NCBI GenBank assembly: GCA_040752855.1 | Contig: JBFMHP010000017.1 | Span: forward strand, 81,960-145,959 | Source of the DNA: Pseudomonadota bacterium | Lineage (GTDB): Bacteria; Pseudomonadota; Gammaproteobacteria; RBG-16-57-12 | Reading direction: 5' to 3' | Length of the DNA stretch: 64,000 nucleotides | In this document: positions 63,981 to 64,000 of the stretch, in pieces | Position numbering within the stretch: the stretch's first letter is position 1 | How the letters are laid out: each line of letters begins with the position of its first letter | Notes under the pieces: model-generated | What the model was told of the DNA's origin: nothing | Seen by the model: the letters and a program-made list of their open reading frames with translations, nothing else | Database searches by the model: none | Position numbers and translations under genes: made by a program

Positions 63981-64000
63981 CAGTCGAAACCAACAGCTCG

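Overview
This is a high-GC (~65% by eye) gammaproteobacterial chromosomal segment. Gene order and REP-type palindromes resemble Pseudomonas; that resemblance is from memory and was not checked by any search. Most genes are on the minus strand.

Confidently recognised content:
- A partial carrier-domain/AMP-ligase/acyltransferase fusion (Aas-like) at the window start, downstream of trxC.
- tRNA-Ser(UGA).
- A cAMP-signalling neighbourhood: a CHASE2 adenylate cyclase next to a 1141-aa FecR/TPR/outer-membrane beta-barrel protein, with a divergently transcribed Crp-family regulator. Further downstream is a second HAMP-cyclase operon flanked by lipoprotein genes.
- yccA, a ybiB-like gene, a GNAT acetyltransferase, cysG and uspA.
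- A fadL-yciA-fadD fatty-acid uptake operon.
- The serS - DUF190 - crcB - rarA - lolA - ftsK run, then ald, and then trxB - aat - bpt - infA - clpA - clpS - cspD - icd.
- A complete gspC-to-gspN type II secretion operon.
- tatD, an MCP-PilZ chemoreceptor, an EamA transporter, DUF2914, dusA and a cspA paralog.

Repeats: two families of REP-like palindromes and a MITE-like family with 16-17 bp terminal inverted repeats (copies at 34.2 kb and 40.8 kb).

The least explained region is 3.6-9.6 kb, beside tRNA-Ser. It holds a 754-aa and a 443-aa Cys/Trp-rich cytoplasmic protein with no recognisable catalytic motifs, a 28-aa membrane micropeptide with a strong ribosome-binding site, a 133-aa orphan protein and an AT-rich lipoprotein gene. 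Each is bracketed by its own rho-independent terminator. I treat this as a candidate novel accessory module.

No CRISPR array, integrase, transposase or rRNA was seen.
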